Source of the DNA: Candidatus Bathyanammoxibius amoris
GTDB taxonomy: Bacteria; Planctomycetota; Brocadiia; Brocadiales; Bathyanammoxibiaceae
DNA: 32,000 bases
Reading direction: 5' to 3'
Assembly: GCA_024451685.1 (NCBI GenBank)
Contig: JAMXCW010000002.1
Span: 75,042 to 107,041 of the forward strand
Position numbers and translations under genes: made by a program. The notes beneath the pieces were generated by a model. It saw nothing but the letters and a program-made list of their open reading frames with translations. It had not been told where the DNA came from and made no database searches. Positions within the stretch are counted from its first letter, which is position 1; every line of letters starts with the position of its first letter. Below, one piece after another: positions 23,305 through 32,000 of the stretch.

Positions 23305-24086
23305 ATTCAGAGATAAAAGAGGTCGAAGGAGAGACGGCAATTGAGGTGCGCCAGCTACACAAATGGTTCAGAGGTAATCATGTCCTCAGGGGCCTCGACC
23401 TCAAGATTTACGACGGAACATCGACTGTCATAGTAGGCGGCAGCGGTGCGGGCAAAAGCGTACTCCTAAAACATATAATCGGTCTGGCCAGGCCCGCTTC
23501 GGGCAATATATATATCTACGGCGAGGAGCTCACGGGCAAGACTGGTAAGCATCTTGAGGCTATTCAGCGGAAATTTGCAATGGTCTTTCAGGGTTCGGCG
23601 CTCTTGAACTCTCTTACGGTGGCTGAGAACGTTGGTCTTGGCCTCACCGAACAGCGCAGGTTCAGCAAGAAACATATAGCTGGGATTGTGAGGGAGAAGC
23701 TCGCCCTCGTGGGGCTTGAGGGCAAGGACTCACAGCTCCCCGGGGAATTGAGCGGCGGAATGAAGAAGAGAGTGGGGGTAGCCAGGGCACTGGCGATGGA
23801 CCCTGAAATACTCCTGTTCGACGAACCGACCACGGGCCTTGACCCGGTGATGGCCGAACGCATAGACACACTGATAGACGACTTGAAGAGCAAATTAAAG
23901 AAGACGACTGTCATAGTAACCCATGACATGGATTCCGCTTTTAAGTTGTCAGATCGTATTGTTATGATATATGATGGTAAGATAGTGGAAGAGGGTTCAC
24001 CTGAGGAGTTCTTGCACAGCACAAACCCGGTGGTCGAACAATTTACAAGCAGGTTTAAGAGGCAAGGGGCTAAGGAAAACCCTTGA
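23289..24086 (+). CDS. mlaF: ABC transporter ATP-binding protein
   Basis: Walker A GGSGAGKS, signature LSGGMKKRVGVARAL, Walker B ILLFDEPTTGLD. ATG 23289 overlaps the mlaE end by 16 nt. The track start at 23097 is rejected. Confidence 0.9.
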   Translation: MVTAINSEIKEVEGETAIEVRQLHKWFRGNHVLRGLDLKIYDGTSTVIVGGSGAGKSVLLKHIIGLARPASGNIYIYGEELTGKTGKHLEAIQRKFAMVFQGSALLNSLTVAENVGLGLTEQRRFSKKHIAGIVREKLALVGLEGKDSQLPGELSGGMKKRVGVARALAMDPEILLFDEPTTGLDPVMAERIDTLIDDLKSKLKKTTVIVTHDMDSAFKLSDRIVMIYDGKIVEEGSPEEFLHSTNPVVEQFTSRFKRQGAKENP

Positions 24087-24105
24087 TACAGGGAGGTGTG
24101 TCGTT

Positions 24106-25062
24106 ATGGCGTCACCGGCACAGGCAAAAAAGGTTGGTATATTTTTCATCATCGGTATGGTCATACTTGGGCTCATAACCTTCAGGGTAGAGCAGGTAGG
24201 ACGTTTTTTCAAAAAGCACAACGATTACAAGGCCTATTTTCAGAGTTCCAAGGGCCTGAAGAGGGGCTCAAGGGTAACCCTCTCCGGGATGGACATCGGG
24301 GAGGTCAAGCGTGTAGACATTGAAGCCGGTAAGATACTGGTAACGATGGCCGTTGGCAGAAATATTCCAATCAGAAAGGGTTCTGTCGCGGTAATCGTCC
24401 CCGATTTCCTGTTCGGCAAGAGTTACATAGACATAAGCCTGGTACCGCCCAATAGACCCCCGCTCCCCCCCGGCAGTGTGATGGAGAGTGCTAACGTCCC
24501 CGGATTCAGTGACATGCTGGTGAAGCTCGACCTGGCAATGGGCAGTCTTGACATCCTCACCGATACCCTCAAGAGCGCTCAGACAATCCTGGCAAGACTG
24601 GAGCGCGGGGAGGGTACAATAGGAAAACTATTTGCCGACGATGAGATATTCGACGATCTCAAGGGCACGGTAACAAACGCCAACGAGATTATGGAAAGGA
24701 TGGCCCGTGGAGAAGGAACTATTGGCAAACTCCTGGTGGACGACAAGTTCTTTGACGACCTCAACGAGGCGGTAACTAACGCAAACGTAATCATGGCCAA
24801 GATGGCCAAGGGTGAGGGCACCATGGGCAAGCTAATCGCAGACGAGGAACTCTTTAATGACCTCAACGAGGCTGTAGGAAATGCCAACATCATCCTAGGC
24901 AAGATGGTCAGAGGCGAGGGTACCCTGGGTAAGCTGGTCAGGAGCGAAGACCTTCACGAAGACCTAAAAAATATGATGGCCAACCTGGCAGAGACGGTTA
25001 ACGGGTTCAGGGCCATGATGCCGCAGGGCGCCTTCAGCAGTGTAATGTATAGTTCCTTCTAG
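24106..25062 (+). CDS. mlaD: MCE-domain substrate-binding protein with C-terminal repeat extension
   Basis: N-terminal anchor VGIFFIIGMVILGLITF. MCE domain (YKAYFQSSKGLKRGSRVTLSGMDIGEVKRVDI). Four GEGT(I/M/L)GKL repeats follow. Confidence 0.85.
   Translation: MASPAQAKKVGIFFIIGMVILGLITFRVEQVGRFFKKHNDYKAYFQSSKGLKRGSRVTLSGMDIGEVKRVDIEAGKILVTMAVGRNIPIRKGSVAVIVPDFLFGKSYIDISLVPPNRPPLPPGSVMESANVPGFSDMLVKLDLAMGSLDILTDTLKSAQTILARLERGEGTIGKLFADDEIFDDLKGTVTNANEIMERMARGEGTIGKLLVDDKFFDDLNEAVTNANVIMAKMAKGEGTMGKLIADEELFNDLNEAVGNANIILGKMVRGEGTLGKLVRSEDLHEDLKNMMANLAETVNGFRAMMPQGAFSSVMYSSF
24604..25011 (+). repeat. 4 x 102-bp in-frame tandem repeat inside mlaD
   Basis: Units start at 24604, 24706, 24808 and 24910 and encode (R/K)GEGT(I/M/L)GKLxxDxxxFxDLxxxVxNANxIxxxMx. 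The fourth unit is degenerate. Confidence 0.8.
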
Positions 25063-25074
25063 GGGGTGCATCTA

Positions 25075-25527
25075 CTAATCTACCGATTGCTGGTACATGA
25101 AGGCAGCCTTCTCCAGGAGAAGGCTTGTAACTTCCTGTGTGGACTCTTCCACTATTGTTGGCAGCTGGGTCTCGTCCGTAAACGATTCCATCGGGACGCT
25201 GTAGACGTTATACCTCTGTTCGCTTCCCCAGTAGGTGTAGACCCAGACGTTGGCCGTCTTGATAGTGCCGTCGGAGAAGAAATCGAAGAAGACCAGCCAG
25301 CCCTTCAGGCCCAATAGATCGTTCTCGGCCAGCTGCCTCCGCAGCTCCTCGATGAACGGTTTTTCAAAACGTTCCTTTGCCGCCATCGCCTCTTTCTTTT
25401 CCCCAGCGGTGAAATCGCGTGCGGGAAGGCTCCTCACCCCCTTCACAAAACCAACACCCCATTCCTCCGACATGCCTGTGCATCCGGTAAGGAAAAGCGC
25501 CAAGAGTACAACACAGGTTAGTTTCAT
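25075..25527 (-). CDS. lipoprotein, function unknown
   Basis: 150 aa. The signal peptide has a canonical lipobox: MKLTCVVLLALFLTGC. Confidence 0.65.
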   Translation of the reverse strand: MKLTCVVLLALFLTGCTGMSEEWGVGFVKGVRSLPARDFTAGEKKEAMAAKERFEKPFIEELRRQLAENDLLGLKGWLVFFDFFSDGTIKTANVWVYTYWGSEQRYNVYSVPMESFTDETQLPTIVEESTQEVTSLLLEKAAFMYQQSVD

Positions 25528-25744
25528 CTTGTATCTTTTAACATCACACCTTTGGTGTGGCTTTCCGTCTCAGGCGGATTCAACCCCTCGGAACGACTAG
25601 TACAAAACGTACGTAGAATTTTCCAACAATTTAATAACATCTTCCGAACTCAAAAGCAATTATAATAATATATCGAGCCCATGACAAGGGCTGCGGCAGC
25701 GCACTATGTCACCTTGAGAAAAATCACTTCGAAAGAGGTTATAC

Positions 25745-25773
25745 TTGATTGTGCTTTTTTGGTGTGCGATAAT
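25745..25773 (+). promoter_or_regulatory. putative sigma70 promoter upstream of argD
   Basis: TTGATT (25745-25750), a 17-nt spacer, then GATAAT (25768-25773). 37 nt upstream of the argD ATG. Sequence match only. Confidence 0.35.
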
Positions 25774-25810
25774 ACCGCACTCAGCCGCGACATGATTTAA
25801 GGTAAGGCCA

Positions 25811-27004
25811 ATGAAAGTTGACACTAACAGCACAATAGAAAGCTTCAAAAGGTACGTCATGCCGAACTACATCCGGAACCCGGTGGTGCTGACCCGGGGC
25901 AAGGGCGTACACCTCTGGGATAGTGACGGTAAGAGGTATCTGGATCTGTTTTCCGGTTGGGCAGTAAGCAACCTGGGACACTGTCATCCCAGGGTGTCAA
26001 ATGCCGTCAGCAGGCAGGCAAAGCTCCTGGTCCATGCCCCGAATATATTTTACACAGAGGCCCAGGGCGGGCTGGCCAAACTCATATCAAACAACTCCTT
26101 CGGCGGTCTGTGCTTCTTCTGTAACAGCGGCGCCGAGGCCAACGAGGCCGCCATCAAGCTGGCCAGGATACATTACAGCCCCCTGGAAAAGTATAAGATA
26201 ATCACCATGCACGACTCCTTCCACGGGCGTACCATGGGGGCGCTCTCTGCAACCGCGCAACCAAAGTATCATAAGGGCTTTTCGCCGATGCTTGAGGGTT
26301 TTACCTTCGTACCGTTTAACGACCTCGACGCGGTGAAAGAGGCCGCTGACGACAAGACCTGCGCGGTAATGCTGGAGACTATACAGGGGGAAGGCGGGAT
26401 AAACATCGCATCACAGGATTATCTAAAAGGTCTCAGGCGCCTCTGCGACGAGCTGAGGCTGCTCCTCATCCTGGACGAGGTCCAGTGCGGCATGGGGCGG
26501 ACGGGTAAATACTTCGCCTATCACCACTATGGGATAACACCCGACATTATGACGCTGGCCAAGTCTCTGGGAAACGGTACGGCCATTGGCGCGATGGAGG
26601 CGAGGGCCGGCCTTGCCGAGAGTATGGTCCCCGGCAGTCATGCCTCCACCTTCGGTGGCAACCCGCTTGCCTGCGCCGCCGGCATAGCCGTCTTTGAGAC
26701 CATCCAAATGGAAGGGCTGTTGGAGAACGCCTCGGAGATGGGAAGCTATTCCATGGAGAGACTGAATTCCCTTGCAGAAAAGTTCCCCGGCATTATAAAA
26801 GAGGTGAGGGGTATTGGCCTTATGATAGGTATTGAGCTGCATAACGAGGGCGCGACTATAGTAAAGAAGTGTATGGAGAGTGGCCTCCTCCTTAACTGCA
26901 CACACGAAAACGTTATCCGGTTTATGCCACCGCTTAACGTGAAGAAGAAGCACGTAGACACCGGGATAGACATCCTGGAGGGCGTGCTCGAAGAATGTAA
27001 GTAA
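25811..27004 (+). CDS. argD: acetylornithine aminotransferase
   Basis: 397 aa class-III aminotransferase. GWAVSNLGHCHP, FFCNSGAEANEAAIKLAR, LILDEVQCGMGRTGKYFAY, TLAKSLGNG (PLP Lys). Confidence 0.9.
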   Translation: MKVDTNSTIESFKRYVMPNYIRNPVVLTRGKGVHLWDSDGKRYLDLFSGWAVSNLGHCHPRVSNAVSRQAKLLVHAPNIFYTEAQGGLAKLISNNSFGGLCFFCNSGAEANEAAIKLARIHYSPLEKYKIITMHDSFHGRTMGALSATAQPKYHKGFSPMLEGFTFVPFNDLDAVKEAADDKTCAVMLETIQGEGGINIASQDYLKGLRRLCDELRLLLILDEVQCGMGRTGKYFAYHHYGITPDIMTLAKSLGNGTAIGAMEARAGLAESMVPGSHASTFGGNPLACAAGIAVFETIQMEGLLENASEMGSYSMERLNSLAEKFPGIIKEVRGIGLMIGIELHNEGATIVKKCMESGLLLNCTHENVIRFMPPLNVKKKHVDTGIDILEGVLEECK

Positions 27005-27030
27005 ATGTTTACGAAAGAGTACGGACAGAT

Positions 27031-27960
27031 ATGCCACCTGAACATCTCCTTACTGTAGCAGACTTATCTCTTGATGACATAGACAAGATCTTCAACATGA
27101 CCGGGGAGATGAAGTCTTCGCCGGCCAGGGGGGACGGGACGAAACCCCTTGATGGGAGGACCCTGGCGCTGGTGTTCGAGAAGAGTTCGCTCAGGACGCG
27201 GGTGTCTTTTGACGTAGCCATGAGGCAGTTAGGAGGAGGGGTTACCTATCTGAGCCATCAGGATATAGACCTGGGTCACCGCGAATCGGTCAAGGACGTC
27301 GCCACGACCCTTTCAAGGTACGTGGACGCAATAGCCGTCAGAACCTTTGCCCACAAGACCGTGCTGGAGATGGCGAAGGACTCCACCGTACCGGTAATCA
27401 ACGCCCTCTCCGACTACGCCCATCCCTGCCAGGCGCTGACGGACCTGTATACGATTATGGAAAAGCGCGGGACACTTAAGGACGTGAAGGTCTCATTTGT
27501 CGGCGACGGCAACAACGTGGCCCGCTCCCTCGCGCTCCTTTGCGCACGGTTGGGCGTTGCCTTCCGCGTCGCCTCTCCAAAGGGGTACGAACTGGACAGG
27601 GGATTTCTCGACACGCTGAAAACGCTGGCAGAGGGAAACTCCCTGACGCTCAGCAATGACCCGAAGGAAGTGGCCCGGGATGCCGACGTCCTCTATACGG
27701 ATTCCTGGGTGAGCATGGGGCAGGAGGCGGAGGCGGAAAAGAGGCGAAGGGATTTTAGGAATTACCGTGTTGACGCCGCACTGGTGGCGCTGGCAAAGGG
27801 GGATGCGCTGGTTATGCACTGCCTTCCCGCCCACCGCGGCGAAGAGATAACGAGCGAGGTATTGGACGGCCCCAATTCCATCGTGTACGACCAGGCGGAA
27901 AATCGCCTGCACGTGCAGAAGGCGATACTAAAACTACTACTTCTTCCAGACAGGAAATGA
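27031..27960 (+). CDS. argF: ornithine carbamoyltransferase
   Basis: [12 protein letters not shown] (carbamoyl-phosphate site), [17 protein letters not shown] (ornithine-site DxxxSMG) and [10 protein letters not shown]. Confidence 0.92.
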   Translation: MPPEHLLTVADLSLDDIDKIFNMTGEMKSSPARGDGTKPLDGRTLALVFEKSSLRTRVSFDVAMRQLGGGVTYLSHQDIDLGHRESVKDVATTLSRYVDAIAVRTFAHKTVLEMAKDSTVPVINALSDYAHPCQALTDLYTIMEKRGTLKDVKVSFVGDGNNVARSLALLCARLGVAFRVASPKGYELDRGFLDTLKTLAEGNSLTLSNDPKEVARDADVLYTDSWVSMGQEAEAEKRRRDFRNYRVDAALVALAKGDALVMHCLPAHRGEEITSEVLDGPNSIVYDQAENRLHVQKAILKLLLLPDRK

Positions 27961-27961
27961 C

Positions 27962-28699
27962 ATGAGAGCAAACGGCAGAAAACCGGACGAACTCAGACCT
28001 GTGGTTATACACAGGGGCTACACGAAGTATGCCGCAGGTTCTGTGCTGATAGAGATGGGAGACACAAGGGTAATCTGTACCGCCAGTGTAGAGGACGGGG
28101 TTCCCCGTCACCGCCTGGGCAGCGGGCATGGCTGGATAACGGCGGAGTACTCACTCCTTCCGGGCTCCACCAGTACCCGCACCACCAGGGAAGTAAGCCG
28201 GGGCCGTATTAACGGGCGCACACAGGAGATACAACGCCTTATCGGCAGGTGCATGAGGGCGGTGGCCGATATGACAAAACTCGGCGAAAGGACTATATGG
28301 ATCGACTGCGACGTCATTCAGGCCGACGGGGGGACCCGCACCGCCGCCATAACCGGCGCATACGTGGCCCTCGTAGACGCCCTTAATAAAATGAAAAAAA
28401 GGGAATTAATTCGCCAACTACCCCTGAAAGACACCGTCGCTGCGGTGAGCACTGGACTTGTAAACAACGAGGTGCTGCTGGATATGGACTACCGCGAAGA
28501 CGTCGCCGCACAGGTGGACATGAACATCGTCATGACCGGTAACGGGAAATTCATTGAGATACAGGGTACCGGGGAGGAGCACACGTACAGCGACGGCCAG
28601 CTGACCGAGATGCTTGCAGTGGCCAGGAAGGGTATCGCGGAACTGACCGGACTGCAGAAAGAGGCATTGGGCGGTATAGAAACAACTTCGACTCCCTAG
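27962..28699 (+). CDS. rph: ribonuclease PH
   Basis: [42 protein letters not shown] and [20 protein letters not shown] are RNase PH blocks. Starts 1 nt after the argF stop. Confidence 0.92.
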   Translation: MRANGRKPDELRPVVIHRGYTKYAAGSVLIEMGDTRVICTASVEDGVPRHRLGSGHGWITAEYSLLPGSTSTRTTREVSRGRINGRTQEIQRLIGRCMRAVADMTKLGERTIWIDCDVIQADGGTRTAAITGAYVALVDALNKMKKRELIRQLPLKDTVAAVSTGLVNNEVLLDMDYREDVAAQVDMNIVMTGNGKFIEIQGTGEEHTYSDGQLTEMLAVARKGIAELTGLQKEALGGIETTSTP

Positions 28700-28777
28700 A
28701 AGAATCTAGCCGTAGAAATCTCATCTCCTGGTTACGTCTCGACAAAAGGGCTTGACGAAGAATCGGCTATTAATATC

Positions 28778-29392
28778 GTGCGCCAGATACTCATAGGCAC
28801 AACCAACCCGCATAAACTCAAGGAGGTTCGTGAAATCCTCCGTGACCTGCCCGTAGAACTCATCAGCCCTGAGAAACTCGCCCAACTGCCTGAAATTATC
28901 GAAGACGGCCATACCTTCAGCGAGAATGCCGTCAAAAAGGCCGTGGAGTGGGCAAAGGCAACAGGTTACTGTACTATGGCCGATGACTCAGGGCTTGAGG
29001 TGGATGCCCTGGGCGGCGAACCGGGCGTATTTTCCGCCCGGTATGGAGGCAAAAACACCACGTATGAGGACAACAACATAAAACTCCTTAACGCCCTTGA
29101 GGGCGTACCAACAGCCCGGCGCACCGCAAGATTTCACTGCACTATTGCGCTCGCCAGGCCGGAGGGTCTCATCTTCGTAGTAGAGGGGGAATGCGCCGGA
29201 ATAATAGCCGAAGGGCCCAGGGGCAGTCACGGGTTCGGCTACGACCCGGTCTTCTACGTTCCTGAATGCGGCAAGACCTTCGCCGAACTGGGACCGGAGA
29301 TAAAGAACCAGATGAGCCACCGCACCCGCGCACTCAAGAAATTCGGGGAAAGATTGTTGAGGTTGCTGGACACAATGCCCTCTTCATCCTGA
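28778..29392 (+). CDS. rdgB: non-canonical purine NTP pyrophosphatase (RdgB/HAM1)
   Basis: ILIGTTNPHKLKE, DDSGLEVDALGGEPGVFSARY, GFGYDPVF and SHRTRAL are family blocks. GTG start. Confidence 0.88.
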   Translation: MRQILIGTTNPHKLKEVREILRDLPVELISPEKLAQLPEIIEDGHTFSENAVKKAVEWAKATGYCTMADDSGLEVDALGGEPGVFSARYGGKNTTYEDNNIKLLNALEGVPTARRTARFHCTIALARPEGLIFVVEGECAGIIAEGPRGSHGFGYDPVFYVPECGKTFAELGPEIKNQMSHRTRALKKFGERLLRLLDTMPSSS

Positions 29393-29658
29393 CAGGATAT
29401 GCACACCCACCCTGCAACATTATAGGGGCATCCGCCCGCCCCAAAAATGGCGAATTTCCAACCTAAGGCGGACAACGTGTCCCTGCTTCAGCCAACTCAA
29501 TTTGACTTCAACCCGTGTTTGTGTTAGCGTATAATGTTTTATAAGTCAGTATCTTGGGACAATTATAATGGCGTTTTATTGTCGTGTAGTACCCCAAATT
29601 CTTGTTGCGCTTAATTGCATGGGCGGGGTAACCCCACCCCTGCTCTTAACATAATATT

Positions 29659-31458
29659 ATGGACACAAAACAGATACGGAATTTTTGCATAATCGCCCAC
29701 ATAGACCACGGCAAGAGCACCCTGGCCGACAGGCTGCTTGAGTACACCCAGACCTTGAGCTCCAGGGAGCTAAGGGAACAGGTCCTTGACAATATGGACC
29801 TTGAGCGCGAGAGGGGCATAACCATAAAGGCCAGCACCGTCACGCTTACGCACATGAGAGACGGCAGGGAGTACGTGTTAAATCTTATCGACACACCGGG
29901 GCACGTGGACTTCAGTTACGAGGTAAGCCGGAGTCTCGCCGCCTGCGAGGGTGCGCTTCTGCTGGTAGACGCTTCCCAGGGCGTTGAGGCCCAGACGGTT
30001 GCCAACACCTTTCTGGCGCGGGACCACAACCTTAAGATAATACCCGCCGTAAACAAGACAGACCTGCAGCAGGCAAGGCCGGAAGAGGTAATTGAGGAGA
30101 TGGAGCACACGCTGGACATCTTGCCCGAAGAGGTAATTCGTGTCAGCGCAAAGACAGGGTCAGGGGTGGAGGACATCTTAGAGGCCATTATCGAACGGGT
30201 ACCACCGCCCAAGGGCGATAGCGCCGGGCCTCTGCGCGCGCTCATATTCGATTCAGTATATGACGGGTACCGCGGGGTCATTGTTTACGTCCGCATCTTT
30301 GACGGCTCTCTGACCCCCGGCGACAAGGTCTACATGATGAAAAAGGACCGGACGTTTGAGGTCGCCGAGGTCGGTATATTTAAGCCCGGCATGACCGCCA
30401 CCGACAAACTCGGGACGGGGGAGGTCGGCTATTTCGTAGCGAACATAAAGACCATACAGGACGTGGAGGTTGGCGACACGATAACGAATTCCAGGGAAAG
30501 GGCCCACAAGCCCCTGCCCGGCTACAAGAAGCCCCTTCCTATGGTGTACTGCGGCCTGTACCCCACGATGGATACAGACCTTGTGCCCCTGAGGGCTGCG
30601 CTGGAGAAACTGGCCCTTAACGACTCTTCCTTTACCTTTGAACCGGAGCAATCGCTTGCCCTGGGCTTCGGTTTCCGCTGCGGGTTTTTGGGGCTCCTCC
30701 ATATGGAGATAGTCCAGGAGAGGCTGGAGAGGGAAAGTAACGTCAATCTCATACAGACCGCCCCCAGTGTAACCTACGAGATCCTTACCAGAAACGGCGA
30801 TGTGCTTACTATAGACAATCCGGAGAAAGTGCCACCCACAACAGAGATAGCGGAATTCCGCGAGCCGATTGTAAACATCAATATCATATTCCCCGTAGAA
30901 TTTATGGGTGCGGTTATGCAACTGGCCAAAGAACGACACGGGAAATATAAGAAGACGGAATATCTCAGCCAGAAGCGCGTGATGCTCAGTTATGAGCTTC
31001 CCCTGGTGGAGATGATATTTGATCTCCACGACAGATTGAAATCCGCCACCAGAGGTTACGGGACACTCGACTACACCTTCACAGGCTACAAACCCGCAGA
31101 CCTCGTGAAGCTGGACATACTTGTAGGCGGCAGGAAAGTCGACGCCCTGTCCTCCGTCGTACACAGGGGCGAGGCGCACAGCAGGGGAAAAAAGTTTGTA
31201 AAGAAACTGAGGAAGGAGATTCCCCGGCACATGTTTGAGGTGGCGATTCAGGCGGCTGTCGGTTCGAGGGTAATAGCACGCGAGACCATTACGCCCCTGA
31301 GGAAGAACGTAACCGCCAAATGCTACGGTGGTGACGTCACCAGAAAGAGAAAATTGCTGGAGAAACAAAAGGCCGGCAAGAAACGCATGAAAAATATTGG
31401 CAGTGTGGAGATACCCCAGGAGGCTTTTCTCTCAGTAATGGCAACCAACAATGAATAA
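29659..31458 (+). CDS. lepA: translation elongation factor 4
   Basis: [35 protein letters not shown], and a C-terminal LepA-specific domain (GYGTLDY...[24 protein letters not shown]). Confidence 0.95.
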   Translation: MDTKQIRNFCIIAHIDHGKSTLADRLLEYTQTLSSRELREQVLDNMDLERERGITIKASTVTLTHMRDGREYVLNLIDTPGHVDFSYEVSRSLAACEGALLLVDASQGVEAQTVANTFLARDHNLKIIPAVNKTDLQQARPEEVIEEMEHTLDILPEEVIRVSAKTGSGVEDILEAIIERVPPPKGDSAGPLRALIFDSVYDGYRGVIVYVRIFDGSLTPGDKVYMMKKDRTFEVAEVGIFKPGMTATDKLGTGEVGYFVANIKTIQDVEVGDTITNSRERAHKPLPGYKKPLPMVYCGLYPTMDTDLVPLRAALEKLALNDSSFTFEPEQSLALGFGFRCGFLGLLHMEIVQERLERESNVNLIQTAPSVTYEILTRNGDVLTIDNPEKVPPTTEIAEFREPIVNINIIFPVEFMGAVMQLAKERHGKYKKTEYLSQKRVMLSYELPLVEMIFDLHDRLKSATRGYGTLDYTFTGYKPADLVKLDILVGGRKVDALSSVVHRGEAHSRGKKFVKKLRKEIPRHMFEVAIQAAVGSRVIARETITPLRKNVTAKCYGGDVTRKRKLLEKQKAGKKRMKNIGSVEIPQEAFLSVMATNNE

Positions 31459-32000
31459 GGACAAAACCGGTATGGTCTCAAGGGTCCTGAACTGGTTCAG
31501 GGCGGCCGACGAGGAGCAACAAGAAAAATCCCGCTTCCATATAATAAGGGAGAACGTCCAGTGGATCGCCATTTCAATCATCATCGCCCTGGGCATACGC
31601 TATTTTATAATGGAGGCCTTTAAGATACCGACCGGGTCAATGGCCCCGACCCTCGTAGGGGTACATAAACACGTCGAATGCCCGAATTGCGGATGGAATT
31701 TCACAAGAGACCACCACAGTTCAAAGGCAACATGCCCCAACTGCCTCTTTCAGACCAGTGTGTACAAAAATAAATCCCGCGGCGGGAACAGGATATTTGT
31801 AAGCAAGCTTACCTATAATTTCCATGAGCCCGAGAGATGGGATGTAATAGTCTTCAAGTACCCGCTTGTGGACGTCAGGTGTAAGGACTGCGGTTATGTT
31901 ATGTTTGACAAGATATCGGCTGAGGGGATGAAGTGCGAGAAATGTGGTTCGACCAGGCTTAAATACAAGCGGAAAAACTACATTAAACGTCTCGTGGGAC
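31451..32000 (+). CDS. lepB: signal peptidase I, N-terminal part (runs off window end), with Cys-rich insertions
   Basis: My translation gives [16 protein letters not shown]...[33 protein letters not shown]...RIFVSKLTY...WDVIVFKYP...NYIKRLVG. It has the catalytic-Ser box PTGSMAPTL and box YIKRLVG. The ATG overlaps the lepA end by 8 nt. The ORF is not in the track because no stop lies in the window. Confidence 0.85.
   Translation, partial: MNKDKTGMVSRVLNWFRAADEEQQEKSRFHIIRENVQWIAISIIIALGIRYFIMEAFKIPTGSMAPTLVGVHKHVECPNCGWNFTRDHHSSKATCPNCLFQTSVYKNKSRGGNRIFVSKLTYNFHEPERWDVIVFKYPLVDVRCKDCGYVMFDKISAEGMKCEKCGSTRLKYKRKNYIKRLVG

Noticed and set aside
29393-29658. Possible small RNA or tRNA in the 266-nt gap upstream of lepA (two TATAAT boxes at about 29531 and 29563)
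   Set aside because: I found no cloverleaf or terminator structure, and the -35 matches are poor. Only the repeat module at 29621-29643 is reproducible, and it is reported under the repeat-family finding.
30253-31368. 371-aa minus-strand ORF antisense to lepA
   Set aside because: lepA is unambiguous (GTPase motifs and LepA C-terminal domain). The antisense product has no recognisable features.

Overview
This is a bacterial chromosomal window of roughly 50% GC by eye, with dense coding on both strands. I found no rRNA, tRNA, CRISPR array, transposase or integrase.

The flanks are housekeeping genes. On the left, all on the minus strand, are atpB (partial), atpI, an AtpZ-like ORF, a PhoU-domain protein and hemL. 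On the right are argB, mlaE, mlaF, mlaD, a lipoprotein, argD, argF, rph, rdgB, lepA and lepB (partial).

The centre (about 3.27-18.7 kb) holds two tightly packed, convergent operons. Together they encode a self-contained ACP-dependent type II FAS/PKS-like pathway.
- Locus A (plus strand): ACP, FabZ, an intact FabF-like ketosynthase, a catalytically dead KS-like partner, a CrtI/phytoene-desaturase-like flavoenzyme and a B12-binding-domain radical SAM enzyme.
- Locus B (minus strand): AcpS, a second paralogous B12/radical SAM enzyme, a second intact KS plus dead partner, a FadH-type 2,4-dienoyl reductase-like protein, FabG, a muconolactone-isomerase-fold protein and an exported protein.

From memory, the gene order of locus A and the FF motif in its ACP match the candidate ladderane-lipid cluster of anammox Planctomycetes. 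As far as I know that pathway is still biochemically unresolved. I could not run any search, so this assignment and the taxonomy are hypotheses.

The two loci meet at a 480-bp array of GTAG-headed hairpins that looks REP-like. Modules of this array recur, with compensatory stem changes, at 20.77-20.94 kb and at 29.62 kb.

Other points:
- near-consensus divergent promoters lie between acpS and a MATE transporter whose mRNA appears nearly leaderless;
- an intrinsic terminator sits inside locus B;
- MlaD carries a 4 x 102-bp tandem repeat;
- LepB carries two Cys4 insertions.
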